From Camelus ferus (Eukaryota), in the NCBI RefSeq assembly GCF_009834535.1, contig NC_045696.1, forward strand, positions 44,332,001-44,396,000: 64,000 nucleotides of DNA, read 5' to 3'. The notes under the pieces were generated by a model that was given only the letters and a program-made list of their open reading frames with translations, searched no databases and was not told the origin of the DNA. A program made the position numbers and the translations under genes. Numbering within the stretch: the first letter of the stretch is position 1; every line of letters starts with the position of its first letter. Shown in pieces: positions 12,716-23,778 of the stretch.

Positions 12716-14574
12716 TGTACTTTCTGTTAGGGTTTAATTCTTGATCCTTAAATGCAAATCCCACATAGATATTTTAGTTTAATTTTCATATTCCCTCCCA
12801 GTTTTCCCAATGAATGTAAGTTGGAGAATACAACTACTAACCTAAAGTAAACGTCACTATTTTCCAGACAAAAATATTACCTATTTTGGTCTGTATAAAA
12901 GTTTGGCAACCCCAGTGGTCTCTTACAACAGATTCCAAATTAGATCCTGCTGTTGAAATTCTAGATCTTGGATCCTAGAGGATATGGTTTCAAGAGATGG
13001 TAGGTACCAATTCTCTATAATTTAAATGAATACGTAAGAAAAGGTGAAGCATATCTAATCTGTCCCATCAAAGAACTGAAAGTAGAAAAATTAAAGATGA
13101 CTTAGTAGAAATAATACTAAAATTGAGAGAAGAAATTTGTTCAAGAAATGAGGTTAAGATTGGTTAAAAAAAAGCAAACAAACCAAAAATCCTGAAAGAC
13201 ACAAATATGTAAAGACATAAAAAGAAGCAGAGTTACTTTTAAATAGCTGAGCATTATAATCCCCCAAATTTTTAAAGAATATTAGGGAGTAAAAATATTT
13301 AATATACTTAAGCATTTGTTCTTCCACACACTAGGGAAATAAATCAAATAGTCCCCATGGGTTCTCTTTTCTTTGCAAGCAACTCATCATTTTCACTTTT
13401 GCTTAGGGCTCTGAAACTTCTAGAATGAGCTCAGAGCAAGTATCAGTGACTGGTTTTGGTTGCCTAATGGAGTCAAAAGGGTGAAATAGAATAGTTAATG
13501 GACAGTTAAGACATCTGCCAGCCCAGCCACAGATTAGCTTTTATTCTATCATCTCCCAATTAGCTGTCGAAAATTCAGTTTTCAGGTTTGATATGTAAGG
13601 AGTAATTAGCACCTTCATACAAACATGGATTGGAGGGGAAACCTTGATGTTAGCAGCAAACTGGATGCTAATAAAATGTACTTTAAAGGAGCAACAGAGA
13701 TACAAAACCTTAGTAGATTTACTACAACATGGGACTGACATGCTACTGCCTATCACCCAAGTCAGGAGTAACTAAACTCAAACATACTGGCTACTTTTGA
13801 CCAACACAAGTTCTTCCTGGATGAATGTAAAAATAAACACGTGAACAAACCAATCAAAAACAAACAAACAAATTTGAAAAAACAAAACCTAACACAGTCT
13901 TTCGAAATGAACTTGTAACAAACAGTGGAATTTCTGTGGGAAGAACAAAGCTAATTAAAAATAGTAATAACAATCTCAGTTCCAGGAAAATAAAGTTCTG
14001 CTGGCGTCTCACTCTGTAGCTCTCCAGCATTGTACTGAATGCATGGGAAACTCACCTTACTCACCTAACAATTGAAGGATTTGGACATGACAGATACTAA
14101 GATTTAATAAAGATCTGAGTTCCCATAATTCTATGTGTCTAGGATTCTCAACCATTATATATACATCACTTTCATTCTGTCCATTGGAAAAACTTATACT
14201 CTAAAATTACTGAATATTTACTGCTCAAATGAAATGAAAGGCCATCTAGCCTAGTGTGTCCCATGACACTTATGAAACACTTAGGAACAAAAATGAGTAA
14301 ATCACACAACATACCCAGCTAAGGGTACATGTTAAAATGACTTCTTTTCCATTTTCTTAATGTGTAAATACACTTGTATAACAAGATGGTAAACAGGTTC
14401 ATTTTTATTCTAAAATATGGTAAAACATATTTATAATATGGCATCAGAAGCGTGTATTAAAATCACATGGCTTTTTCCTGACTGGTTCTATTATTCTTCA
14501 GATACAGTACTTTATGGAATATACTAACTGGGCATAACAATAGCCAAGCTATGACTTTTTATACTGTATCATGA

Positions 14575-14695
14575 CTCATTTATTTATTTATTCATTCATT
14601 TTATTGATTTAATGAGCACTTCCTAGGTAACTATAACTGTGCAAGGCTACTCAGCTACAAATACATAATCCTTGACTTCAAGGATTTTAGTATGG
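14575..14695 (-). mobile_element. L2 3' tail fragment
   Basis: 'ttcattcatt...tttaatgagcacttcctagg...ccttgacttcaagga' is the antisense L2 terminus pattern. Confidence 0.6.
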
Positions 14696-16379
14696 AACTA
14701 ACTATAGTATAGAAGTCATGAATCTCTTGGAGAAAACTCAATCATTTTAGCAATTTTTTTCTGATAATAAACATTTCTTTCTTTATGAAGTGGTGATACT
14801 ACTTCCACTCGGACAGCGTTCTTGTTTATTGCTTCCACCACTCATTTCTCTCAGCAGTCGTGCAGGCCAATGTTATCATCAAAACTCATACATTAACCAA
14901 GCTTAATGATATTTTGACTGAGGAGAAACCACACATCCTTCGCCTTTTATTGATCAGTTGTTAGGAGAGGAAATGCTGGTGTAGTGTACATAATAAAAAA
15001 GAATAAATAATACATTTTAATTTGTGGCAAGAGGCACTTGGATGGACATGTAAAATTATAAAATAGGTAGGTAAGTAGGTAGATAGAAAAATTAAGACAG
15101 CCTGCCCATGACAAGTTAGAAAATAAAAAACAAAGAATGAAAGCCAACCACAAAGTGAGGACAATATTTAAAAAAACAAATAAATAACATAGCATAACAC
15201 GGGCCTGACTTCTATTGGCAAGATGCCGCAGAACTACTCTTGTGTCTCTAGGTAGCAACTGATGAAGCAGTTTGATGAATGATGCTCTGAGTCCTAGCTT
15301 CGTCCACAGAGGTCACTGAGACTGACTGATGACCCTGGAGGTACCCAAAGGTTGAAGACAGAATGAGAGCACCAGGAGTGACAGACTCAATCTGGTTACA
15401 GGATGTAAGTCTCTGTCATCACTCACTGAACTGTAGCTATAATGACCGTAAAACCATTGAGTCATTAATGTGACTTTATATAAAAGAAAAAACAGCAAAA
15501 GAAAATAAAATGCGTATAGTTCTGAAAGACCTAGAGTGGGGAATCAGTAAATATGATTCCTTTCCTCATACAGAGACTGTGTGAAAGCCAGACGCTCCCA
15601 GGAAGCTTTTCTAAGCCTTGCGTTTCTTGATCACAAATGTCCCAGACAGTTCAGAGGACCTTGTGAAGGACGATGTATTTAAAGAGAGTGATGGGCTATA
15701 CTTTCACATGGGAAAACAGCAGGCCGAGGCTTTTTATTTTCTATTTTATTTTCTCCAGATTCTTCATGTCTTCATTAGTTTGCTTTCCCATGAGCTTTAT
15801 GGGTCACTCATAGGTACTTCAGTTTCTGAGTATAAGCAATGAAAAAGTAAGCATGCATTTTAGTAACACTTACTGGGACTGACAGAAGTGCCACTGAATA
15901 ACACAGGTGCATATTTTTATGGAAAGGGTATTTTATGTTAGACTTAGAGAAGGCAGTGACTTCTTAAAGAATCTTTATTCCACATTTATGTCTATATTTA
16001 ACACCTTCCTAAGCTTGAACTTCCTAGTTAAGATTACCGAAAGTTATAAAACTGGAGAAAATACATTAAAAAATTACATAATTTTACCCAGACAGTAACA
16101 TTGCCACTATTTATATTTTTGAACTATTTCCAGCAACTCTACCAGTAAAACTAAAGTATAACATCAGGAAAGTAACACCAAACATATAGTTTAAAATAGT
16201 CTTTCAAATCTTTACATTTGCATGAACCGAAAAGGTAAAATACGAGCACTTTCAAGTCAGTATTAATTGCAGGCTGGGAAGGGGCCTTACACATTGTACA
16301 TTTCCGTTTCCCACCTTCTTCTTCAATATCTCTGGAATACGAGAATCAAGCTGATACCCACTTTTAGTGGGGAGGGTAT

Positions 16380-16640
16380 GGAAGAGTGGTTAACAACCTA
16401 AGCTCTGGACAGAGGCTTTGTGGTAAGTTCTGCCTTTGCCTCCCTGGACAACCTTGGAAACGTTACTAAAACTGCTTTTGCAATATTGGACAAATTACTC
16501 AATTTCTCTGCCCCACCATTTCCTCATTTTAAAAACAGAGATCACAACCGTACCCCACCTCATTGGGTCAAGAAGGGCATTAAAATGAGTAAAGCACTTC
16601 AGACAGAGCCTGAAGTCAGACAGACTGACTCATACTTGAG
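16380..16640 (+). mobile_element. MIR SINE
   Basis: 'agtggttaa...gctctgga', core 'ttggacaaattactcaatttctctg..cc..tttcctcattttaaaa', 'gtaaagcacttcagacagagcctg'. Confidence 0.8.
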
Positions 16641-17149
16641 TCTCCAAAATCTTTAGCCATTATGAGCAGTGTAGCTTTGGAGCTTAAAAGTTCACCCAGT
16701 TCTTTGTTAGACAGTTTTTAATACAGAAAATTAGTCTGGGTATTGAATCAAACCTTCCTGCCTAGAACTCTGGTACCATTTATATTTTCAAAGGAAGAAA
16801 TTTAGTGTCTCTTTTACTTAATAGTTATTCACAATGAGAAAGCACTGCTCGTGTCCAAGTTTTTTTCTTTTTCTTTTTCTTTTTTTTTTTTTTGGTGTGG
16901 GATGAAGCATATCTAGATTCTCCACATAAAGCTTTTCCAAATACTTCACCATCTAGCTTCATAACTCCAGCTTATTAATATCATTCTTCAAAAATAACAT
17001 TTAGGAAATTATATGAGAACTCAATTATGTATGCTTGTTATCACTTCATATTAGAAATCTTGTTTCCTTTGATCTAATTCAATTTATTGGTTATCTTAAA
17101 TCTAGAACATCATGTTTCTGCATTTTGATTCACTTATAAAATGATAGAA

Positions 17150-17325
17150 TAACAGACTATCAGAGTTAGAAAAGACTTTAGAAATCAAATGGTCCAAATG
17201 CCATTTTTACAATTGAAGAAGTAATAACTGAAGACTAGAGAGGGGAAACCAGTTCACTAAGGTCACGTGGCTCAGGTTCCCTGTACGGGTGGAACTAGGA
17301 CTGGGCCCCAAATCCAAAACCTGTA
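17150..17325 (-). mobile_element. MIR/MIR3 fragment
   Basis: 'cagagttagaaaagactttagaaatca..tggtccaa...ttttaca..tgaagaa...aaggtcacgtggct...ggaactaggact'. Confidence 0.65.
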
Positions 17326-19761
17326 TGTTGTAACTCTGATGCCAATTATAATCAATTTAGTCATTTTGTTGAGCTAGATCTAAAATTTAATCCTGGCTCC
17401 AGGGGAAAGTGTGCTGACAATTAATAATGTCTCCTTGGTCAAAGGAATGGTAAGTGGGACACTCTTACCATGTATTTATTGTCTTTATTCTAAAGTTCTC
17501 TCAATCCAGACTGTTTCAATACTGAAATTTAAAAAATTGATTCTTCCTAATTTCACATTTACCAGGTTATTAATTATTATTTTGAGCCTATTATAATCTA
17601 GTCTGTTGACCTATTCTCAAATCTGAATTCTGACATCAAGTATAATACATTTGCTCTTTTTTATATTTATAGGATGCACACAAATTTGATAAGCACAACT
17701 ATATCTTTATCTGAATCATTCATTAAAATGTGGAGCAAGGACATTTGCAATACTTTAATAATGTCTACCTCACATTTTTCCTAAATTGAAACTGAAAACA
17801 AATATTATTCCATCTGCTAGGGTATATCTAACAGCAATCTATGAGCAAGTCTAACAAACAAGTCAAATGTTCAGCCACTCCAATCTCCTCTTTAATATGA
17901 TTTCACAGGAGCATGAGTATGAAAAGAATAATTAGTTACATACACTTCCCTTAGAAAATACTATTATTTATTCAATATAAAGGGGTAAAAGGAAGGATGG
18001 GTAAGCAGTTTAGGGGAAGGAAGATATTTAAAAAATTGCTAATGGCAGACAGTGGGGTGAAGGAGGAGATTATATTACAGGCCAGGTAGACTATTTAAAA
18101 GCTTAAATTAAAAAAAAATAGTGTAAGTATTTTTTCTAAGTTAAGGCAAGAACATCAGCTAGACCAGAAGAGCTAAACTGCAGCCCGGTAAAGTATTCCC
18201 CATCTTCCTTCACTCACGTTAGGACCATGCCTAAAGCATTCAGGCAGCTTCTAGTTCTGAAGGGGAGCAGGTCACAGCAAGCCCGCAGTGCTTCTGGCCA
18301 GTTCAAAACATTTCGCTCCCGGGACCAATAAAGGAGTAGATTGCAAATATTGAAGCACTAGCCAGCACGACACCTGGCTGCCCAGGAAACATTTCATCTG
18401 CTGTGCCTTAAAGGAAGCTTGCTTATGGGGCTTTTAAAATCTGTACTGGCTTCTCACCGCTATTAAGAGGAAACTAATAGGCAAAGTTAAACTTTAGGCT
18501 CTTCCTCTATTTGACTTCCACAAAGTCAAATGCCAGGGATTCTTTTGAATATATCTGTCTTATAAACTGAGTCCTTAATATCCCCTCTCTGCGCTTTTTC
18601 CAAGACAAAAAAACAAAAGCAAAGTAAAACATTAAGTCATCTAAAAATACTCCTCTTGCTACGGGAGGGATTGTGACGACAGCCAGCACCTGGGTGTCTA
18701 TGTACACCAGGGGCCACTGCAGTCGTGTGTGTTTCCACAGCTTAGTCAAGGCAAACAGCAGCCAGCTGGCTGTGACTAGCTCAGACTAATAAGCATAGAA
18801 TCAACACAGGCTGGTCCAGGCTGAATACCGGCATCTGTTAGGCCATTGTCTTTGCTGATACGTCTGACTGCGCAGCAGGAAGAGCCATGCAGACAGTCTG
18901 CTTGAGGCAGATCACAAGAGGAGGAACCCCCACCCACCTGCCAAGTTTCTGGTGGAGGAGCCATGGAGGGAAGGAGGGCAGTCAAACCCACAGAGAAGGT
19001 GCCTCATCCAACCCGTAAACCCTGTGTCCTTTTCCAGTTGGATTTTTCCCTGCATATTACTTTTGGCCAGTTTCAAACAAAAGGCAATGAAAAAGAGCCA
19101 TTGGTGAGTCAGGAATTAGAATTAAAGATCAGGAGCTGTGAAATCATTTTGTGCATCATTACCCTTACCAGAGAGAGCCGGATGAACAAACACTGGCAGT
19201 CCACGTACCACTGCAACCAACGATGAGGTTTCCCTCTGATCTAAAGAGGTCGTATTAAAAAAATAAGGCATTCATTCTCACATCAGATATGGGAAACAAT
19301 TTACCTCTCATTGTTTCCTCATTCTACTGCGGCTTCTGCTCCTGGCTCAGCTCTGTCCCTAGGCATATTTGGCACTTCCTGTGACCCTAGAAGCACTCAG
19401 ACCTTAACATTCAGCTCAGATTCTTCTGATGCCTGATTACTCTACAAAGTAAACTCTTCCTCTCTTGGGAGGACCATCTCTTAAACAATCACTGAAAGGC
19501 TAAAGCAGAAAACTGATGAAGAGAAAAACAAGGGGCCTCCTCTCCAATCTATGCCAGATTTGATTTTTGAAAATAATTGTTTCCTCTTATTATTCCTCAA
19601 ATAAAAGAAAACTGAAAATCACTTGACAGTTGCTAATAGTGCACGAACATCGTATTTCTGCAGAGTATTTTATAAAATGGAAGAGTATGAGTATGGAAGC
19701 TTAGTGTGTTAAAAAGCGGTGTTTCAAAAGTGAGAATTACAAGCATGTATGTCGTTAGTGC

Positions 19762-20316
19762 TGAAGACTAGCAGAACATGCTACCCCCAAAATATGCTGC
19801 TTGGTTACATTGATTATTTTGAGCTATGGACTCCTGAAAAGCAGCAACGCGGGGAAAGGCTTTCTCTGGACGCCCCTTATTTGCTTAAGACAGATGCTCT
19901 AAATGAACTCAGTTGTCATGAATCCTCTCCCCAGGGGGCTTCACCAGCCACGGAAGATTGACTCTTATCATAGGAGAGGAGACTGGGAGTCGACACCACT
20001 CCAGGACAAACTGGGTCACAAACCATTATATCTCACATCAGTTCTTCTAAGCTCCCATTCATCTTTCCTAAAACTTACTTACTCTTCCTCAAGAGACCGA
20101 CATCCCCCCTCACCTCTTCCTATTAAGATGGTATTTAATCCTGAATTCCAAGCCACCCCAAGGAGTTAATCATTTATCCCTGGTGTCTCCCATGTAAACA
20201 TGAGGAATCACATGTTAGTAAACTTTTGTTTTCCTTTTATTCATCTGTCTTTTGTCACAGGGGTCTCAACTAAGACTCAGAAGAGTAGAGCGAAAATTAA
20301 TTTTTCCTCCTTTATA
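19762..20316 (+). mobile_element. ERV1 solo LTR (MER34/MER39-like)
   Basis: The start 'cagaacatgctacccccaaaatatg...gattattttgagct' and the end 'atctgtcttttgtcacagggg...agaagagtagag..aaaattaatttttcctcc' are characteristic. Full length is about 555 bp. Confidence 0.82.
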
Positions 20317-20659
20317 GCATGCAAACATTCAAACATTTGTGCAGTGACAAAACAGTATATAAATCACAAAGTCTTTTTTTTTTAAAGGAAATCAAAAGAA
20401 ACTGCTGTCTTGATTTAACAGGAGACATGAAAGATAATAGCAAGGAGAAGCAGAAGAGACAGAAACACAGAATTTGGACTACTTAGTGTAAACGCAGAGA
20501 AAAGAGTAGTTTTTGAACCAAATGTGATGATTCATAAACAGTAAATCACTTGGCTGGGGGGAGGAGGGATTCATGCTGCAAATTAGCTCAGCATCTTTAT
20601 GTTTTCTAATTTTTCAGAAGACCAACACAGAGCACATAAAAAAAGGAGAACCTTATAAA

Positions 20660-20835
20660 TCAATGCTTTTCAAGGTTCTCTGTGCATCAGAATTAGCTGG
20701 CTAATTTTTTTTTTATACCCCTCCTCCTCTCACCTTACAGTTCAAGTTTAATTTTGGTGGATGGAGACCAGGCAATAGAAATTTTAAAAAGCTCCCCAGG
20801 TGATTTTGTTCCAGTCATTCCTAAAAACTACTACT
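20660..20835 (+). mobile_element. MER5A-like hAT-Charlie MITE
   Basis: 'tgcatcagaattagctgg...ttttaaaaagctccccaggtgattt' hallmark motifs. Confidence 0.7.
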
Positions 20836-21424
20836 TCCATAAAGGGGAAAAAATGCCCTAAAAGAACGAGAGGGAAAATGGGGAAAAGAGATTTGGGACA
20901 CCACATAAACTTACACCTTCACAGGGTTTCAGAATTCATGTGTGTGTGGTTTTGGAAAGTTTTGATTAGATGAGGATATTCCATAGCAAAGACTCTGGTC
21001 TCCTCAGATACTTGAACTTCATTGACCAAGAAGAGCAAATAGAAAGCAAAGCTCAACCAGCTCAGCTGACACATTTAAGGGTTAAGAAGCCGATCCTTAG
21101 AGAGATAGTGACTTTTCCTATTACCTATGAGGAACTGCATCTCAGATGGGAGGTCTGATATCTTTTCTTCAGGGCTGATAGCCCTTTGCTCATGGCTAAA
21201 ATAAGAAAACTATCAATTTTAGAAATGCCGTTATGAGTCTAGAGAACCCTTATCTTGAAGTGTGGGTCTGAGGGCCATGTTTCTTGCATGAGTTTGGAGG
21301 AGAGGTTGATGGGGCAGAGGGAAGAAGAAGGAGACAGGCCACTTGAAAGAAGCCTAGTTATCTCAGGGCCAAAGTGCTCATTTAGTTTAGAAAGTTCTGT
21401 GAGACGATGGGGTATTCAGATATA

Positions 21425-22272
21425 AAAAATCAAATATCTACCTCATTGCAAACAGAAAAATAAACTACTTTTGTATAAAAGACCCAAAAGTGAAATGACA
21501 AATTTTTAAAAATTTAGAACAAAATATTTCACATGTTTAGGGTTTCAGGGTAAAAAGAGATTTCTTAAGTCAAACACAAATGTCACAGATTATAAAATAA
21601 ATAAAATGTAAATATTACTCATATATATATATGCAACCAAAGTTACTGTCAAATAACTAAAAACTCAAGACACAGGCTAGAAAAGAATACTTTAACAATA
21701 AATAACAGGGAAAGAATTAGTACTCATACTATATGAAAAATACAATTTAAATTTTTGAAAATGAATAGAAAAAAGTGGGCAAATTTACAATTCACAGAAA
21801 AGAAAACTCTAATGACCAATAAACAAATGAAAGTATGTTCAACATTCCCTAACAAAATGTAAGTTAAAGCAACCAGAAAATATAGCGCTAACCAGTTTGG
21901 CAAGATAAGTAACATCTGATAATTTCAGATATTGACAAAGAATAGAAAAATGTGAACTTTTAAGTACCATTCACTGGATACAAACTGTTCCAACTCCTTT
22001 AGAGGGTAACGTGATAATATCTAGTAGGTGTACATATATAAGACCAGAAATTTCACGTATGGATATATGTTCTTGTGAAACTCTCAAGTACACAAGAAAA
22101 TATATGCAAGATTATTCACTGAAGCATTAATTTTTATTAGCAAAATAACATGTAAACAACCTAAATATTCACCAACATGACACTTTATAAGTAAACTGTG
22201 GTATATTCTATAATGGAATCCTGTACAGCTAGTAAAATAAACAAACAAAGCTATATGCATCAATATGTGTAT
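21425..22272 (+). mobile_element. Ancient L1 (L1MC/ME-like) ORF2 C-terminus/3' UTR
   Basis: 'caattcacagaaaagaaaactctaatgaccaataaacaaatgaaagtatgttcaac', 'aaacaacctaaatattcacca', 'aaactgtggtatattc'. Confidence 0.8.
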
Positions 22273-22477
22273 GGTATATTTGAAACTTGCTAAGAAAGTA
22301 GATCTTAACAGTTCTCATTACAAGAAAAAAATATGTAACTATGTGTGGTGATAGATGTTAACTAGATGTATTGTGATGGTCATGTCACAGTATATACAAA
22401 TATCCAATTGTTACATCATATGCCTGAAACTTATATAATGTTGCATGTCAATTACATAGATCTCAATTTTTAAAAAA
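22273..22477 (+). mobile_element. L1MA9-like 3' tip
   Basis: 'ttgctaagaaagtagatcttaa..gttctca...gtaactatgtgtggtgatagatgttaactaga...tgtcaatta' plus an A-rich end. Confidence 0.8.
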
Positions 22478-22619
22478 TATATGTATAAAGTTGAATGAAA
22501 AAAGGAAAGAGGTAGTAGAACAGAAAGAGAAAAAGAAAAATTCATTACTTTTGGAGATACAACTTCCAGAGTCAGTGGAAAAACACTGGAGATGCTACAG
22601 TAAATTGGCTTAATTGCCT

Positions 22620-22825
22620 GGCCTTGGAAGTCAAACAAATCTGGATTCAAAACCTCTATCTGGCAATTACTTTCAATGTAACATTAGATAATTGCTTAGT
22701 CTTGGTAAACCTATTATATTCATCTGTAAGAATAATAAAACTGAATTTATGGAATCGTTCCAAGCATTAAGTTAGACAAAAGAATATTTAAAACTTTTCC
22801 TCACTTAAGGTAATTGTTCCATAAA
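22620..22825 (+). mobile_element. MIR SINE (decayed)
   Basis: 'tggaagtcaaacaaatctggattcaaa...ttcatctgtaagaataataa'. Confidence 0.6.
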
Positions 22826-23747
22826 ACAAAAGAAATACATTACTTTTCCCCATCTTCATTTTTCCACCTTTTAACATACTGCACTAAATGCTAAAAATAA
22901 TATGTTGACTAATAAAGATATGATCTCAAACCTACAGAAACTGTGTCCTTCAGGAGTTAGACCTTAAAGGCCAAGTCACACAGCTGCATCAGAGCCTCCA
23001 GTGTGGAACCACCAAGTGCTTTCATTCAACCAGCTGAGCAACCAAAGAACATAAAGCAATTTATCAAATCAGAAAATGCATAATCATGGAGAATATCTCA
23101 CTCTTTGGACGTGGATGCTGTCATTATCATAGAGATCAATGCTTCAGATGGGCTCTAGGTGAGTAGACTTTCAGGCGAGTGAAAATATTGCACTGATGCC
23201 TTGGCAGTAATAGACAACTACGCTAAAATTACCAGGCTAGGCTTATATTAAATGCTCTAAATATTGGCTAATGAAGATAATGTGCCCCATTTTTATTGGT
23301 CTATATTTGTTGCTACTTTGTGGATGTCAAACCATTTCAGAACATTAGGTTCATAAATAAGTAACCACATTCTCTTGCAGGTTCTAACTACCAAATTTAA
23401 GATTTTAGTTTCTTACCCTGCAGTCACCAGCATTCAAGAAGAAACATGGCAGGCTGAGAAAGAAGTTTAGGGCATGTATCCCTGTTGCCCTCAAGGTCTC
23501 TGTCTCTCTGTCTGTCTGTCTCTTTAGAAACTTCAGTAACAGCATTTTACAACACTCCGAGAAACAGAGCAAATTTTAGGAGAGATTTTACTGAACAGAA
23601 TAGATTGTTTTGCTACGCACATATGAGTCATGGTTAAACTTCAGTATAGGTTGTGAATTGCAAAATAAAAAATAAGTATAGCTTTTAGAAGGTCAGAAAC
23701 TGTGTTTGCTGTGACTAATGCAAAAAAAATAAAATAAAAACAAAAAC

Positions 23748-23776
<29 letters not shown>
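23748..23776. repeat. (CA)n microsatellite
   Basis: Perfect CA run after an A-rich tract. Confidence 0.96.
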
Positions 23777-23778
<2 letters not shown>

